Positions 24,793-39,624 of a stretch of DNA of 64,000 nucleotides are shown here, piece by piece. The stretch's first letter is position 1; each line of letters opens with the position of its first letter. The DNA is from Squalus acanthias (taxonomy: Eukaryota). Where the stretch lies: positions 94,180,001 through 94,244,000 of the forward strand of contig CM059432.1 of NCBI GenBank assembly GCA_030390025.1. Direction: 5' to 3'. Made by a program: the position numbers and the translations under genes. The notes below the pieces were generated by a model, which was not told the DNA's origin, made no database searches, and saw only the letters and a list, made by a program, of their open reading frames with translations.

Positions 24793-25631
24793 AATAATAG
24801 TAACAGTAAACCCTGAGGAAAGAAAATTGTCACCAGTCCTCAATCTGAACCCTTCACATCAAAAATTATTCTATTTATACAATCCTGACCAATTAAATCT
24901 ATTCTGCTATTTACCAAGTAATACCATGACATCTAATTTTTTTAATAGTCATACATGCAAAATTTTGTCAGAGGTTTTCTGGAAATCCAAGTAAACGATA
25001 TCCCCCTGGACTTCTTTCATCTACTAGTTGCATTTATTTTTAAGTGACAATTATGTTAGTGAGGCAACGCCTCCTTCTAAAGCTATATTAGGTACCCCAG
25101 TAAGTGTGGTACCCTCTAGGTTTTGTTTTGTATTATTGTGTATAATGCTTTCCAATATCTCCTCTTCAGCTGAAGTTAAGCTTACTGGTCATTGGCCTAT
25201 AGTTCCCAGGCTCTGATTTCTTTCCTTTTTGAACTAACAGGACCATATGTAATACAACTACAGCTCCCTTACTCTCCTATTCAAGAGACCATCTACCCTA
25301 TTATCAAAATTATTGAATCTAACTCCAGGCAAATACATAATGGAATAGAAATTGGATAAGACCCACGCCCATTCCTTCTGATGCAGGCCGCATGCAAACT
25401 TCGTGCTCCCTGTCAGTTTAAATAATAGTAATGTGCAACCCAGCGCTGAACATGGTGCTGAGTAGCTACATGCCTCAGCAGGGGATCCAAGTTCGTGCCA
25501 GGCTAATGCCACTTAAAGCTAGCCTGCACTGCTTAAAGGCAGCTTGCACCTCTTAAAGGGCAGGTGCCTTCTGTCTACAGCAGGTGCGGGAAGTGGCTGG
25601 GGAAGAGAGTGAGTAAGAAGAAGACGTTCTG

Positions 25632-27588
25632 ATGGCGCAATAGGGGAGAGCGTGGGTGCCAAGATTCTCTGGTGCAGCACTGGAGTCCTTGGTGCAGGAG
25701 GTGGACAGGAAGAGAGGTCCTGTATTCACAGGAGGCCCTCCAGACAAACTCTGAGAAGGCAATGGGAGCAGATAGCCATCGTGGTCAATGCCAGCAGTGT
25801 GGCCCCAAGGACCTGGATACAGTGCTGCAAGAAGTTTAATGACCTCAGATGAGTGGGCAAGGTCAGTGAATTCATCCTCAAATGCCATATCCTTACAACT
25901 GAACCACTAGGCTCAAACACTGCTCAATTCAGCACTCCCCCTTCACTCACCTACCAACAATCTCTATCAATCACGACTCAAACCTTATATTCATAGCTTC
26001 ACCTCACCCTCATACACACAGCACTGCTGCAAGCCTCACACCCATATCTCACAGCTGGCACACACTGCCAGCTATTCAACCATGACAGGCACATCACCCA
26101 AACACATTGCACCACACTCAATGACACACTTCCCTCTCTCTTGCAGGAAAAGGTGGCTCATACCGGAGGCAGCAGGAGCTACCCACAGGGAGACAAGCGC
26201 CTGCATGACCTACCCCCCATGCAGGAGTCTGTGTTGGAAATTATTGGAGTGGCAATTGCTGAGCCCATGGCCAGTGGTGGGGCTGAAACAATCCAAGATG
26301 ATGGTATCTTCATACCTAATCCTCCTTCTCACATCCCACTTCCCCCTCATCCCACAATTTCTTCTGATTTACAAGCTGCAGATGGTGTAAGCATGCACCT
26401 CTTGGTTTCCACCCCACTCTCCTCACTGCAACCCTACCATTGTGCCTTTATGCTTACAGATAGCAAAGAACTGCAACTTGGCCAGGCATTGGTGGGGGAA
26501 CAGGAACTGCAAGAGGAAGACGTCAGTGATGCTGAAGACGCACCGTCACTTGATTTCACTCTCGCAGCCACCAGCTCAGATACTGACACTCCGAATGCTT
26601 TAGAGGATAGGTTAGACGTGGGATCTGCACGTGCTGAGATACCGGGCACGAGTGGCCTGCAGATAGGGAAGGATGAAAGGGTAGCGCAGGTGCTTGCTCC
26701 CTAGAGGGCGGGACGAACATGTGTTCTGCTACACAGGACTCAGATGAGGACTTCAATGGGGCAGCTGACAGAAGAAGGCTGATGGGTATGCACAATGAAA
26801 TGCTTGGTGCATTGGCAGGTCTGCCAGAAAGCCTGAGTACAATGTCAAGAAGCATGGAGGAGTCCGGTACCAACTTGGCACAGGGCTTTACGCTGAGCTT
26901 GGAGCCCATCCTTTCCAGCATGGAAGTGATGGGCAACTCCATTAGCGCACATATGGACCCAAACATGATGCAGCTTCTGATGGCCGATGTCTCAGCTTTC
27001 ATTTCAGCACAAGCAGCAGCCACCCAACATCTGGGTGCTGCAGTGGAAGCTCGGACTTCTGTCGTGCAAGCTCAACTTGCTGCCACGCAAGCTTAGACAG
27101 CTCTCATGCAGGCTTAGCTTGCTGCCATGCAAACTTAGACTGCTGGCATTGTGGCTGTGGTTACCAGTGTTGAAAGGGGCTTGCAGCGTGTCACAGCAGT
27201 CCAGCAATCTGTCCTCCAACAGTTTATTAGGATTGCTGAGGCGCCGCCCCAGGGAGTGGCAGTGGCTCCGTGGAGCACGAACCTGCAGTCCTCTCTCAGG
27301 ATGACAGCATTCGTGCTCCCACCACTGCCACTCCACCAGTGCCCTTGCTTTTGCTGGTCAGCCAGCAAGCCCAGACTGCTGCCGCCGATGCTGAGGTGGT
27401 GCAGTCCGAAGCCGGGCCTTCTAGGCCCAGAGCTGCTCGAGGTTGTCCTGCAAGGCCATCTGCAGTCTCCCCCACTGAAAGTCAGCAGCCTTCCACCATT
27501 TGCAGCCATTGGGGTAGCACTGCGTAGGCGCACTAGGACAGGCAAAGGCACACAGAAGACGGGCACTAAGGGAATGCACAGGGGTGAT
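25632..27588 (+). pseudogene. Harbinger Myb/SANT-like gene (3 exons, disrupted)
   Basis: LRRQWEQIAIVVNA...RTWIQCCKKFNDL. Introns 25862-26146 and 26304-26459 lie at the same positions as in element 1. Confidence 0.75.
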
Positions 27589-27739
27589 TTGGTATGTAAT
27601 ATGGGATAGTTTGAATTATAAATTTGTTTTGGAATGTATGTTTTGTGGTGACTTTTATTGTAGCATTGTGGCCAAGAGGACACTGTGATGGTCAGTAACA
27701 GGGAAGGTAAGGTGTGGGACTGTTGGTAAATAGGGAACT

Positions 27740-28832
27740 GGGGTTGCGTTCACTGGTACCACAGTTGAGTCGATTACGGGCAGCCCAGCCGGAAAAGGGC
27801 TGTTTTGGTTGACTCCTCCCTTCCTCCTCCTCAGCTCTTTGCCGTATATGTGGTGGCAGGGGCTGTGCCCTGATGATGGCGAGGTTGTGCAACATGCAGC
27901 AGACCACAACGAATCTTGAGACGTGCTCTGGCGAGTACTGCAGGGCTCCTCCAGAGTGATCCAGGTAGCGAAAGCGCTGTTTAAGCACGCCAATGGTCTG
28001 CTCTATCAAATTCCTTGTGGCAGCATGACTTATTATATGCATGCTGCGCACATGTGCTTGGGTTGCGCACCAGAGTCATGAGCCAGTAGGTCAGCAGATA
28101 GCCCTTGTCGGCCAGTAGGTCAACAGATAGCCCTTGTCGGCCAGTAGGTCAGCGGATAGCCCTTGTCGGTCAGTAGCCACCCTCTGGTTTGTCGTGGTGG
28201 CTCAAATGCGGATGGTACAGGGGACTACTGTAGAATGAAGGCAGCGCGATGACTGCCTGGATACCGAGCATTGACCTGAATGATGTGCTGAGTATGGTTG
28301 CACACCAGCTGGACATTGAAGGAGTGGAATCCTTTCCTGTTGCGGTACATGTGGCACCCGCATAGCGACGTGTGTACAGCCAATGCCACCCTGCACCATG
28401 GGGAAGACTGAAATCCTCACGAAGCCATGTGCTCCCTCTGCCTGCTTCTCTCTGGCAAGATGAGAATAAAATGTATTCACCTCTCTTTGCGTATAGAGCC
28501 TCAGTGACCTCCCTTATGCAACAGTGCACGGCAAACTGGGAGATGTTGGAAATATCGCCTGCTCCAGCCTGGAAGGAGCCCGATGTATAAAAATTCATGG
28601 CCACGCTCACCTTCACAGCCACAGGCAATGCTGTCCTCGCCCTGCTCTGAGGCTGCAGTTCTGCCTGTAACAGGTAGCACCTCCTTCGTGAAGTGGAACT
28701 GTCGCATACACTGTTCCTCACTGAGGTTGAGGTAGGAGAATTGCTCCCTGAAGATCCTGGGTGAATATGGCCTCCTGCTGAGAGCCCTTCTCCTCCTCCC
28801 TCTTCTGGCAGCTTGTCTTGCTCTGTGCCACC
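27740..28832 (-). pseudogene. Harbinger transposase, disrupted; 5' end displaced by a CR1 insertion
   Basis: [61 protein letters not shown]. Confidence 0.9.
28082..28168. repeat. 3 x 29-bp tandem repeat inside the transposase
   Basis: gccagtaggtcagcagatagcccttgtcg repeated three times with single substitutions. Confidence 0.95.
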
Positions 28833-29917
28833 TTAACGGACAGAAAATAGAGAGTAGGAATAAACGGATCATTTTCGAGTTGGCAGGCTGTAACTAGTGG
28901 GGTACCGCAAGGATCGGTGCTTGGGCCTCAGCTATTCACAATCTACATCAATGATTTGGATGAGGGGACCAAATGTAATATATCCAAATTTGCTGATGAT
29001 ACAGAGCTGAGTGGGAATGTAAGTTGTGAGGAGGATGCAAGGAGGCTTCAAGGGGATATAGACAGGCTAAGTGAGTAGGCAAGAACATGGCAAATGGAAT
29101 ATAATGTGGAGAAATGTGAAGTTATCCACTTTGGTAGGAAAAATAGAAAAGCAGAGTATTTTTTAAATGGTGAGAGATTGGGAAATATTGGTGTTCAGAG
29201 GGATCTGGGTGTCCTTGTACACAAATCACTGAAAGTTAACATGCAGGTACAGCAAGCAATATGGAAAGCAAATGGTATGTTGGCCTTTATTACAAAAGGA
29301 TTTGAGTATAAGAGTAAAGATGTCTTACTGCAATTGCATAGGGCCCTGGGGAGACCACACCTGGAGTATTGTGTAGTTTTGGTCTCCTTGCCTAAGGAAG
29401 GATATACTTGCCACAGAAGGAGTGCAACGAAGGTTCACCAAACTGGTTCCTGGGATGGGGGGATTGTCCTATAAGGAGAGATTGAGTAGACTAGACCTAT
29501 ATTCTCTAGAGTTTAGAAGAATGAGAGGTGATCTCATTGAAACATACAAAATTCTTACAGGGCTTGACAGGGTAGATGCAGGGAGGATGTTTCCCCTGGC
29601 TGGGGAGTCTAGAACCAGGGGTCACAGTCTCAGAATAAGGGGTCGGCCATTTAGGACTGAGATGAGGAGAAATTTCTTCACTCAGAGGGTGGTGAATCTT
29701 TGGAATTCTCTACCCCAGAGGGCTGTGGAGGCTCAGTTGTTGAGTATATTCAAGACAGAGATCGATAGATTTTAGAAAATTGAGGGAATCAAGGGATATG
29801 GGGATAGTGCAGGAAAGTGGAGATGAGGTAGAAGATCAGCCATGATCTTATTGAATGGTGGAGCAGGCTCGAAGGGCCAAATGGCCTACTCCTGCTCCTA
29901 TTTCTTATGTTCTTATG
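28833..29917 (+). mobile_element. CR1 LINE 3' part nested in Harbinger 2
   Basis: [17 protein letters not shown] and RPHLEYCV motifs; tail ending ttcttatgttcttatg. Confidence 0.95.
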
Positions 29918-31305
29918 TGCTCATTCTCACTGTCATGCTGCAGGCCAAGGGGGATACAAACTACTGCACCCATGTCTGGGAACAACTGGTCTGAGCAGAA
30001 GCCTTGAAGTAACCTGCCACACCACTCCCTGGACACTTCAGCAACTTCAAATAAGATAATAAACCACCGAGAGCCAGCAGAAATCAATCAGCAACTAACC
30101 TAAAAGTAGTTGATGATCCCTATAAATAGCTGGTGGGGGGGTCCTTCCTGCTGCTGAACGCATGTTCAGCTGTGCGTGTTTGAGAGGGCGTTAGCTGCAG
30201 CGTTGAGATCAAAAATGGCAGCGCCGGCATCAAATCGGTGTTACACGCTGAGTGACATCATGATCTGCCTATAGTGCATACTTTCGGTGTACGCTCCCAG
30301 CGCCCACGACCTCACCAAAATGGCGTCCGGCATGGCCTGCACCAGAGTGGTGGCACGGACGCCATTTTGGACGCAAAATAGCACCCGTAGCCCCGAAAAA
30401 CCTGGCGCTACAAAGCCGAATTTAGCGGCCAACGATTCTACAGTACACTTGGTCTATAGAAGCGTGCTTGATGGGCCAAATGGTTTCCTCAATCCATGCT
30501 GTCTTAAATAAACTGACTGCAGCGACACAAAGTGTGAAGAGGACAACACAAAGTATACGTAACAAGGTATGGAATGCAGACACTTAGGCTAGAATTGAAA
30601 GAGAGGATAAGTCCACTGGAAATACAGATTACTGTGCCGATTAAAAATGTGTGAAGGCTGCTGTACATGAGGATACAAATGAGAAAATATATAATTCTGG
30701 GATCTAAACGATAGGTACCAATTTAGAGAACACAGGCAATGAGGCGTGATACAGAATTCAAGATTACAGAAATAACAACTACTACTTGATTAGACCTCTA
30801 TTAATAACCACAAATGCAAATTATTTCTTATACATAACTGAAATGACACACTGAAGGCTTTTCAATATCACATTTATGTGTGGCTTAGTGCATTATGTGC
30901 TTATACAAGGTGTCTCTATATATCCTTTCATTTATCAGAATATAGAATTCAGTACAAGTTAATCTGATTATTTTGATGGTCAAAACTGTAAACTTACAAT
31001 CCTAGGATGGCAGAATTTTCAATGTTCACAAGCTGTTTACAAATAATTGGTTCTATTAAAAACTCTCACTTAGTTTTTAACTGAGATGAACAATCGCCAC
31101 CCAATGGCTGAGGCATTTACACTTGGAAGCAACTAAAGAAACTGGATGGTTAGCTCCACAACAATAATCTATGAGTCTTTGGAGCTTGATTGACATTCAG
31201 TAATCAATAACTACAGGAAAGTGACATATTCTTCTCATTCATTTGTTACAGCTTCCACTGTATATTTTATGTGTCTGAATCCAACTATGCATGATTACAC
31301 TATTA

Positions 31306-32898
<1,593 letters not shown>

Positions 32899-32904
32899 CT
32901 ATAT

Positions 32905-32925
32905 CTGAAACAAACAAAAAACAAT
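32905..32925 (-). promoter_or_regulatory. Splice acceptor of the TMEM200C-like coding exon (exon starts at 32904; 24 nt of 5' UTR)
   Basis: Minus strand reads ttttttgtttgtttCAG|ATATAGCTG...TTTATC ATG. Confidence 0.7.
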
Positions 32926-35421
32926 TAAGGAATGAAAGCAGATACAGCAACATATGTAATTATTAAAAGGTGACTAAACCTAATTTGTAGCTGGTGAGCT
33001 GAAATGTCACTTATTGCAATCAGTTCAAGTTTTAAAAATGAATTTCCAGGAACTGACAGTGACTGACACACATACTATTTAGTCAGATTATGCAACATTT
33101 GTCATCACTTCAGGAGCATTGGGCAAATTCTGGCAGATCTCAGCATTTTTATGAGATTTCTTCAGGAATTGGAAAAGGCAATTCAAATAGCAACGACGTA
33201 TTCAGCAATTATCTTGGTTTTTGGGAACGGGAGCTCATGATCAATGGTCCAGCAGAGAGACATTACAAGTTCATCATCTACAGCAACAAATCGCGTTATC
33301 TGCACATTTAAAACTTCACAGCAGGTCAATGGCATTTTAAAATTCCAGCTTCAAGTGCACAAAATATCACATTTAGTGATGGTCTGTTTATAAAACTGAA
33401 AAATGGGAAACCAGTTTGTAAAGTTTTTTAAATTAAAAAAGTAGATAGGCACAAGAATTTAATGACCTTTGTTACATAGCCACTTCTCCAGCAGTAAGTA
33501 CTGCAGTAACTGAGTGGACGAGGTGCTTGTAGGTTTTAGCACTAGAAAGGTTACCTACCCATCAGGTCACAAAAAGTAGCAATTATGGTGATTGCAAAAG
33601 CCATAAGCTAATTCTGTTTTACAACCCAATCTCTCACTAAACAAATTACAAAAGCACAGTAAAAAATAACATCATTTGAGATTACACATGAAGACTTAAA
33701 CCCTGATTTTATTCCCCTGCACCTGACAAGAACGGGATATGCGTGGGGTTAAAATAAGGGCAGAGTACTAACTTCCCCGTTCCTACCACATTCCCACCCG
33801 CTACCTATTTAACTCCTGGTTTTCAGGAGGCATGTGAGGCACAGTCAAGTTATTATGTATCAGTACTTTATGGAAAAATCTGCTACTTAAATAAGAATTA
33901 TTCAAAATATTTAACTTCCCTTCCCTTTCATATAAACATCAGGTTTGATGTAATGATTTTCAGCAGGCATGATTTTAACCAATATTATCATTGTTTACAT
34001 AATACAGATCTATATAATTATCATTATTGAGGAGGCAATTTTAACCCTACCTCAGTGGCCATTGTGCTACTTTATTAAATATTTTGAACAATTCTTATTT
34101 AGGTATTGATCTCTCCATAAAGTACTGATACATAATTGCTTGATTGAAAGCCAGTTTTGTTTATTTTACTTAAAGCATAGTATATCCTCTCCCAATTTTT
34201 GAAGAATCATACTTAAGCAGTTTAAAAAAAACAAACACAAACTTGAAATGTTTATTCTGAGGTAAATGGTACTTTTTGTGAAGCACTCAGTGGTGCAGTG
34301 ATTAGCACATTGCTGGTTCACCTCTGAGACATGAGGTTGAATCCCTATTAATAGGTTAAAGTTTCCTACTGCCGATAAAAATCTTACATTGAGTAAGTTT
34401 GGGCAGTCTTACACGAGTTTCCAGCTTATTTACCTACCCTGGAGCCACCAGGAGCAGACTTCCCAATTTTAACCTGCTCTACTGAGCAGGCAGCAAGGAC
34501 ACACATCCAAAGCCGGTGGAGTCCTTCTTTACATTAAGTATGTCAGGTTCCTATGATGTCACCAAGACCCAACTGCACTTTTAACTAGATGGCCTGAGCA
34601 GGAAGCCACAGTGACTTTCCTGCCAGGTGAAGTCAGCGGGGAGAGGAGTCAGGGTCTGAAGAGGCCCAAACAGGTGGGACCAAGAGGAGCAGAACTGCTC
34701 CTCCAGGCCTTGCAAGGAAACCTTAGACCTCCCCTACGATGGACTCTTCCCTCCGACCCCACTAGGGTTGGCAACTCTGGTTGGAGGCATTCCTAGAAGT
34801 TTGGTCACGTGATGTTTGAACTATGTGACATCTAACCATGTAGCGACTGACCATGTGCCATCGGAAGAGATTTAGAGTGGAAATCAGGGCTGGAATTTTC
34901 ACATTGCAGAGCGTGCGGATTTGGGAGCGGGTCGGCGGTTAAAAGCGCTGAAATTGACAGCCTGTCGGGAACCTGCTGTCATCCCGCTGACTTCCGCGTT
35001 TAACTGGGGCGCGTTTCGAAGTGTGCCATGGACCCGCGACCTCATTGAGGTACTTAATTGCTCGTTTAGAGACACTTAGCGGCCTTTTTAACATGAGGTT
35101 TCAACTTTAGCTGGTTGCACACGGGATTCACGGACCTCGGGAAGCTCGCCTGTGAAGGGGAGGCGGAAGCTCAGTGGCCATTGTGCTAGTTCATTAAGTG
35201 ACAGCTGGAAAAAGCACATAAATACAGACACCTTACACCGGTTTCCTTACCTAAGGGAAAGGCTCTTGCTGACACCATTTTGTACATAGATTTTGCTTTC
35301 AGGAGTTTGCAGGTGTTTTCTGAAACCTTGGAAGCCACTCTCACCACATTGCTAATCACTCTCACTACAATGGAGGATTGTGTCTCTGATCTCCACTTTA
35401 CCTGGCATCTATCAGATCAGC

Positions 35422-36571
35422 ATGGGTGCCACTTATGCTGTCTCACCTTGAACCTCAGATCTGGACCAAGATGAGCCCCAGCACCAACACAAGCAGCCTT
35501 CCCCTCACTGGCCTGATGCTCCACGAGAGAGGGATCAGCATGGGGTGCACTGCGCCAGAGGAGATACCCCAAACACAGGGTATACAGGCAGAGTATACGC
35601 TTCCTGGACATGACTGAACAACAGTGCTTCAGGAGGCCCAGGCTATCGCACCAGGTCGTCACAGACATCTGTAGCTTGCTGGAAGAAGGCCTGCTGCCCA
35701 GAGGACCTGGTGGACATGCCTTACCAGTGGCTGTCAAAGTCACCAATGGCCTCAACTTCTTCGCCTCAGACTCCTTCCAGGGATCTGCAGCAGACATTTG
35801 CAGGATCTTGCAGTTGGCCGCCTACAAATGCAATACCCAGGTGACCAATGCCATGTTTCACAAGTCCGCCACTTATGTAAACTTTGCTGCAGATGAAGCC
35901 AGTGTTACTGAGTGGGCACTCAGCTTTGCGGTTCTGGCTGGCTTCCCACAGGTGCAGGGCATCATCGACTGCACACATGTGGCCATCAAGGCACCTCCAG
36001 ATCACCCAAGAGTGTTTGTGAACCAGAAGGGCTTCCACTCCCTCAATGTGCAGCTCATCTGCAACCATAAAAAGATCATGCATGTGTGCACCATATTTCC
36101 TGGCAGCTGTCTTTTTCATGCTGCGCCAACCCCCCCTCCCTCAGATCTTTGCACCTCCAAACAGACTTACCGGCTGGCTGCTTGGAGCCAAGGGCTATCC
36201 ACTGAAGACGTGGCTGATGACACCCTTGAGGAGGCCAAGCAAAGAGGCCAGAGGAGCGCTATAATGAAAGCCACATGTCCACCAGATGTGTCATAGAACA
36301 AGCAATCGGCATGCTGAAGATACGCTTCAGATGCCTTGACAGATCTGGAGGAGCCCTTCAGTACGCACCAGCCAGGGACCTCAGAATCATTGTTGTATGC
36401 TGCGCACTGCACAACAAAGCACAGCAGCCAGGATTGGAGCTGCAGGAGGAGCAATGTACAGAGTGCACAGCCTCTTTGGAGGAGGAATACGAGGAGGAGG
36501 AGGAACCTGAGGTGGAGATGGCACTAGCAGTGGTGCACATTGCTGCCCGGGAGGGCCTCATAATGGACTGA
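35422..36571 (+). pseudogene. Harbinger transposase, frameshifted
   Basis: [89 protein letters not shown]. Confidence 0.9.
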
Positions 36572-36714
36572 TTTACTTAAGTTGCACCAGTGCACCCATA
36601 TGGCTCCCAGATGCTGTACCAACTCCCCCCCCACCCCGACCAACACCATAAAGCAGTCCTAAAATGACCAAACCATTCCTGTCAACCAAACACCCATTGC
36701 TCAAGGCTAAGTAA

Positions 36715-37135
36715 TGCCCCCATTCCATAGTCTCCACCCTTCTCCTGAGCCTCCATTCCCCAGTCTCTCCTCTCCCTCGGAGCCTCCATTCCCCAGTCTC
36801 TCCTCTACCTCGGAGCCTCCATTCCCCAGTCTCCATCTCTCCCCCCAGTCCCTATTCTCCAGTCTCTATCTTTGCCCCGAGCCCCCATTCCCCAGTCTTC
36901 CTCTCGCCCTCCCCCGTGCTCCCATTCCCCAGCCCTCCCCCGTGCCCCCATTCCCCAACCCTCCCCCGTGCCCCCATTCCCCAGCCCTCCCCGTGCCCCC
37001 ATTCCCCAGCCCTCCCCGTGCCCCCATTCCCCAGCCCTCCCCGTGCCCCCATTCCCCAGCCCTCCCCGTGCCCCCATTCCCTAGCCCTCCCTGTGCCCCC
37101 ATTCCCCAGCTCTCCCCGTGCCCCCATTCCCCATC
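36715..37135. repeat. C-rich 25-bp minisatellite
   Basis: Unit cccccattccccagccctccccgtg: near-perfect copies at ~36915-37130, with longer degenerate ~33-bp variants upstream. Confidence 0.95.
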
Positions 37136-39146
37136 TTTCACCCAGCCCCCATTCCACTCTCCCCTTCTCCCACCAAGCCCCAAGTGTTCCCCAGTCTCCC
37201 CATCCACATCAACTCTCGAGACTCCCCGATTTCAGTGCACCCCCACAATGCCCGCCTCCCTCCCGATTCCCAACCCCCCCCCCCCGCCCCTGATTCCCGA
37301 CTGCACTCCAGCCGGTCGTGGCTCTCTGCGGGTGCTGGCTCTGAGCAACAGCCGGTGATGAGCTCCGTGGAAAAGACAGGGAAAAGATTCTGTTTAAAAT
37401 TCATGCAGTTTAACCATGTTCTGACTCCCTCCGCCAGGCTAAGTTAGTAATTATTTACAGTAGCTCACATAAGTGTCTGCTGTTCATGTAGGCGCACTAC
37501 GGCGGGAAATTTAAATCGCTCAAACCCCGTGCTGCTGAAGGCAGCGCTCGGGATCGGAACCCCTAATTCCGAGAAACTCCCGGTCATTCCGGGATGTTGG
37601 GAACCCAACCCCCACTTCCCAAACACGAGATCCCCACGAGACAATCCACAAACTGATCTCACCACCTACCTAGTGTTGACAGGCAGTCTCTGAGCTGTGC
37701 GATTTTCCACTGCCACCAGCCGACTTCTCACCCAAAATGGGATTTAAATGAAGCCCAGGGGGCGATTTTGCCAGCCGTGGGGAGGCAGGTTTGGAGGCGG
37801 CACTGCCAGGAAAATGGCAGAATTTGGGGACGGGTGCCCAACCCGCCTCCATGCCATCTTGCCAGGAGGCGGGTAGCCGTCCCGCGCCGGGTCCCGTCTC
37901 CTTGGAGGCGGGAAGGGATTACATCCACTTATATAAATAGGATTATCCCCATTTTGCCCACACAAGTGCGGGCTTCCCGAAGGCTCCGAAACCCGCCAGG
38001 GTCACCGAGGCGAGTAGTGGGTCTGCGGGAGTCTGCAGGGTCCAAAAGTGTGCTGTGGAGGTAAGTGATGGGTGCAAGTGTGGAGAGGTGAGTATCTGAG
38101 GTAAGTGCAAAGTGTTAGAAAAAGTGTACTTACCTTTGTTTCTTCCTGCAGGCTTCAATCAGTGGGTATGCAGAGTGTCTCGCACATCCGCGGCAGAGAT
38201 GACAGATGGCCGTTGCATTCTCCAATGCAACAACCATCTAATTTCTACAAAAGAAAGAGGTTTGATGAGGTCTTGAATTCAAGAACTAATCAAACTACAT
38301 AGAATGTCAGTGTTTGACAGCTTCACAGAGCTGTCAAACGATGACAATTCATCTGTTAAAAATTTTTGACAGATAAAACGTCATACGTTACGTTCTCTGT
38401 AACCGTCTTTCCCTTAATTGGCCTGCTAAGCCCGCTGGGCAGGCTTAACAAGGTCAATCAAGGGAAAATAGCGTGGGTTGCCCAGAAGTTGATGGAGGCT
38501 GGACTGAAACCCGACAAGTGGGAGTCCCGCCTCCAAATGCTCCCCATTGGCAAAATCCAGCCCCTGGAGTTAAATAGCCCAGGCCTCATTTCTGAGGCAG
38601 CAGCTAATCATCACCCAAAACACGCCCAGAGTTAACATTGGGGCTGGAATATATAAACAGAGGATGCCATATGTCAATTTTTGCTCATATTCACAACGCA
38701 TCCATTTTACCAAGTTATGTGTTACCATATGTACATATATTTTTCATTCAGTTTGACAGTCTTACTACTACTCAAAAAACATTGCTCACTACTACCTTTC
38801 CTCCTTTGTCTCCACAAATCTAAAACAAATTAAACTGACATTTGATCTGGTATGTGCTTAATTGTTTTTTCACATATTCTTAATCAAAGGGATTAAAACT
38901 TTATTGTATTTTGATGGTGCAGAGTTGAAACTTTTAATTATGCTTAATCAAAATACAATAAGATGTAATCCCTCTGATGATGCAAATAATTAAAGTAAGT
39001 GTTTCAAACTTGCTTTATTGTCCACCTCCAAAAGAAGTTTTAGAACCAACAATTGTAAATTTGGAGGGTATTATAAAATTTGGCAGTGTAGTTCCGATCA
39101 AAATTCACACAAAGTTGGGACAATCATGCTGCATCTGATTTTAACT

Positions 39147-39593
39147 TATAAGAACATAAGAAATAGGAGCAGGAGCAAGCCATTCGGCCCCTCCAGCCTG
39201 CTCCGCCATTCAATAAGATCATGGCTGATCTGATCTTGGCCTCAACTCCACTTTCCTGCCCGCTCCCCATAACCCTTGACTCCCCTGTTGCTCAAAAATC
39301 TGTCTATCTCAGCCTTGAATATATTCAATGACTCCTTCCACAGCTCTCTGGGGTAAAGAATTCCAAAGATTCATGACCCTCTGAGAGAAGAAATTCCTCA
39401 TCTCCGTCTTAAATGGGCGACCCCTTATTCTGAGACTATGCCCCCTCGTTCTAGATTCCCTGACGAGGGGAAACATCCTCTCAGTATCTACCCTGTCCAA
39501 CCCCCTCAGAATCTTATATGTTTCAATAAGATCACCTCTCATTCTTCTAAACTCCAATGAGTATAGGCCCAACCTGCTCAACCTTTCCTCATA
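39147..39593 (-). mobile_element. CR1 LINE 3' fragment
   Basis: LYSLEFRRMRGDLIETYKI plus family tail. Confidence 0.95.
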
Positions 39594-39624
39594 AACATGG
39601 ATTAAAATAAAAGTTAAGGGATCG

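Larger units (their letters stand above)
22390..25330 (-). mobile_element. Ancient, heavily decayed CR1-like LINE split by younger insertions
   Basis: Residual RT motifs on -, e.g. GDIVYLDFQKT at ~24975-25007 and a GDDT-like motif at ~23920-23940. Interrupted at 22559, 22904 and 23985. Confidence 0.5.
25342..30430. mobile_element. PIF/Harbinger DNA transposon 2 (two-gene, degenerate) with a nested CR1
   Basis: Myb gene on + and transposase on -, both homologous to element 1. Termini are degenerate (ggaatagaaattgg / ccgaatttagcggcc), so the ends are approximate. Confidence 0.8.
34887..38563. mobile_element. Harbinger element 3 / composite (transposase on +, no Myb gene seen)
   Basis: Ends GGGCTGGAATTTT and AAAATCCAGCCC. 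An internal TIR-like GGGGGCGATTTTGCCA at 37758 suggests 37758-38563 may be a separate element. No matching TSD. Confidence 0.6.

Noticed and set aside
28082..28168. CRISPR-like 29-bp repeats
   Set aside because: No spacers, eukaryotic context; a plain tandem duplication
35610..36296. Host HARBI1 gene
   Set aside because: Frameshifted, the catalytic D in GDxGY reads A, and it lies within transposon-like ends with related copies nearby
36714..37358. Pro-rich and Gly-rich ORFs in several frames
   Set aside because: Translations of the C-rich minisatellite
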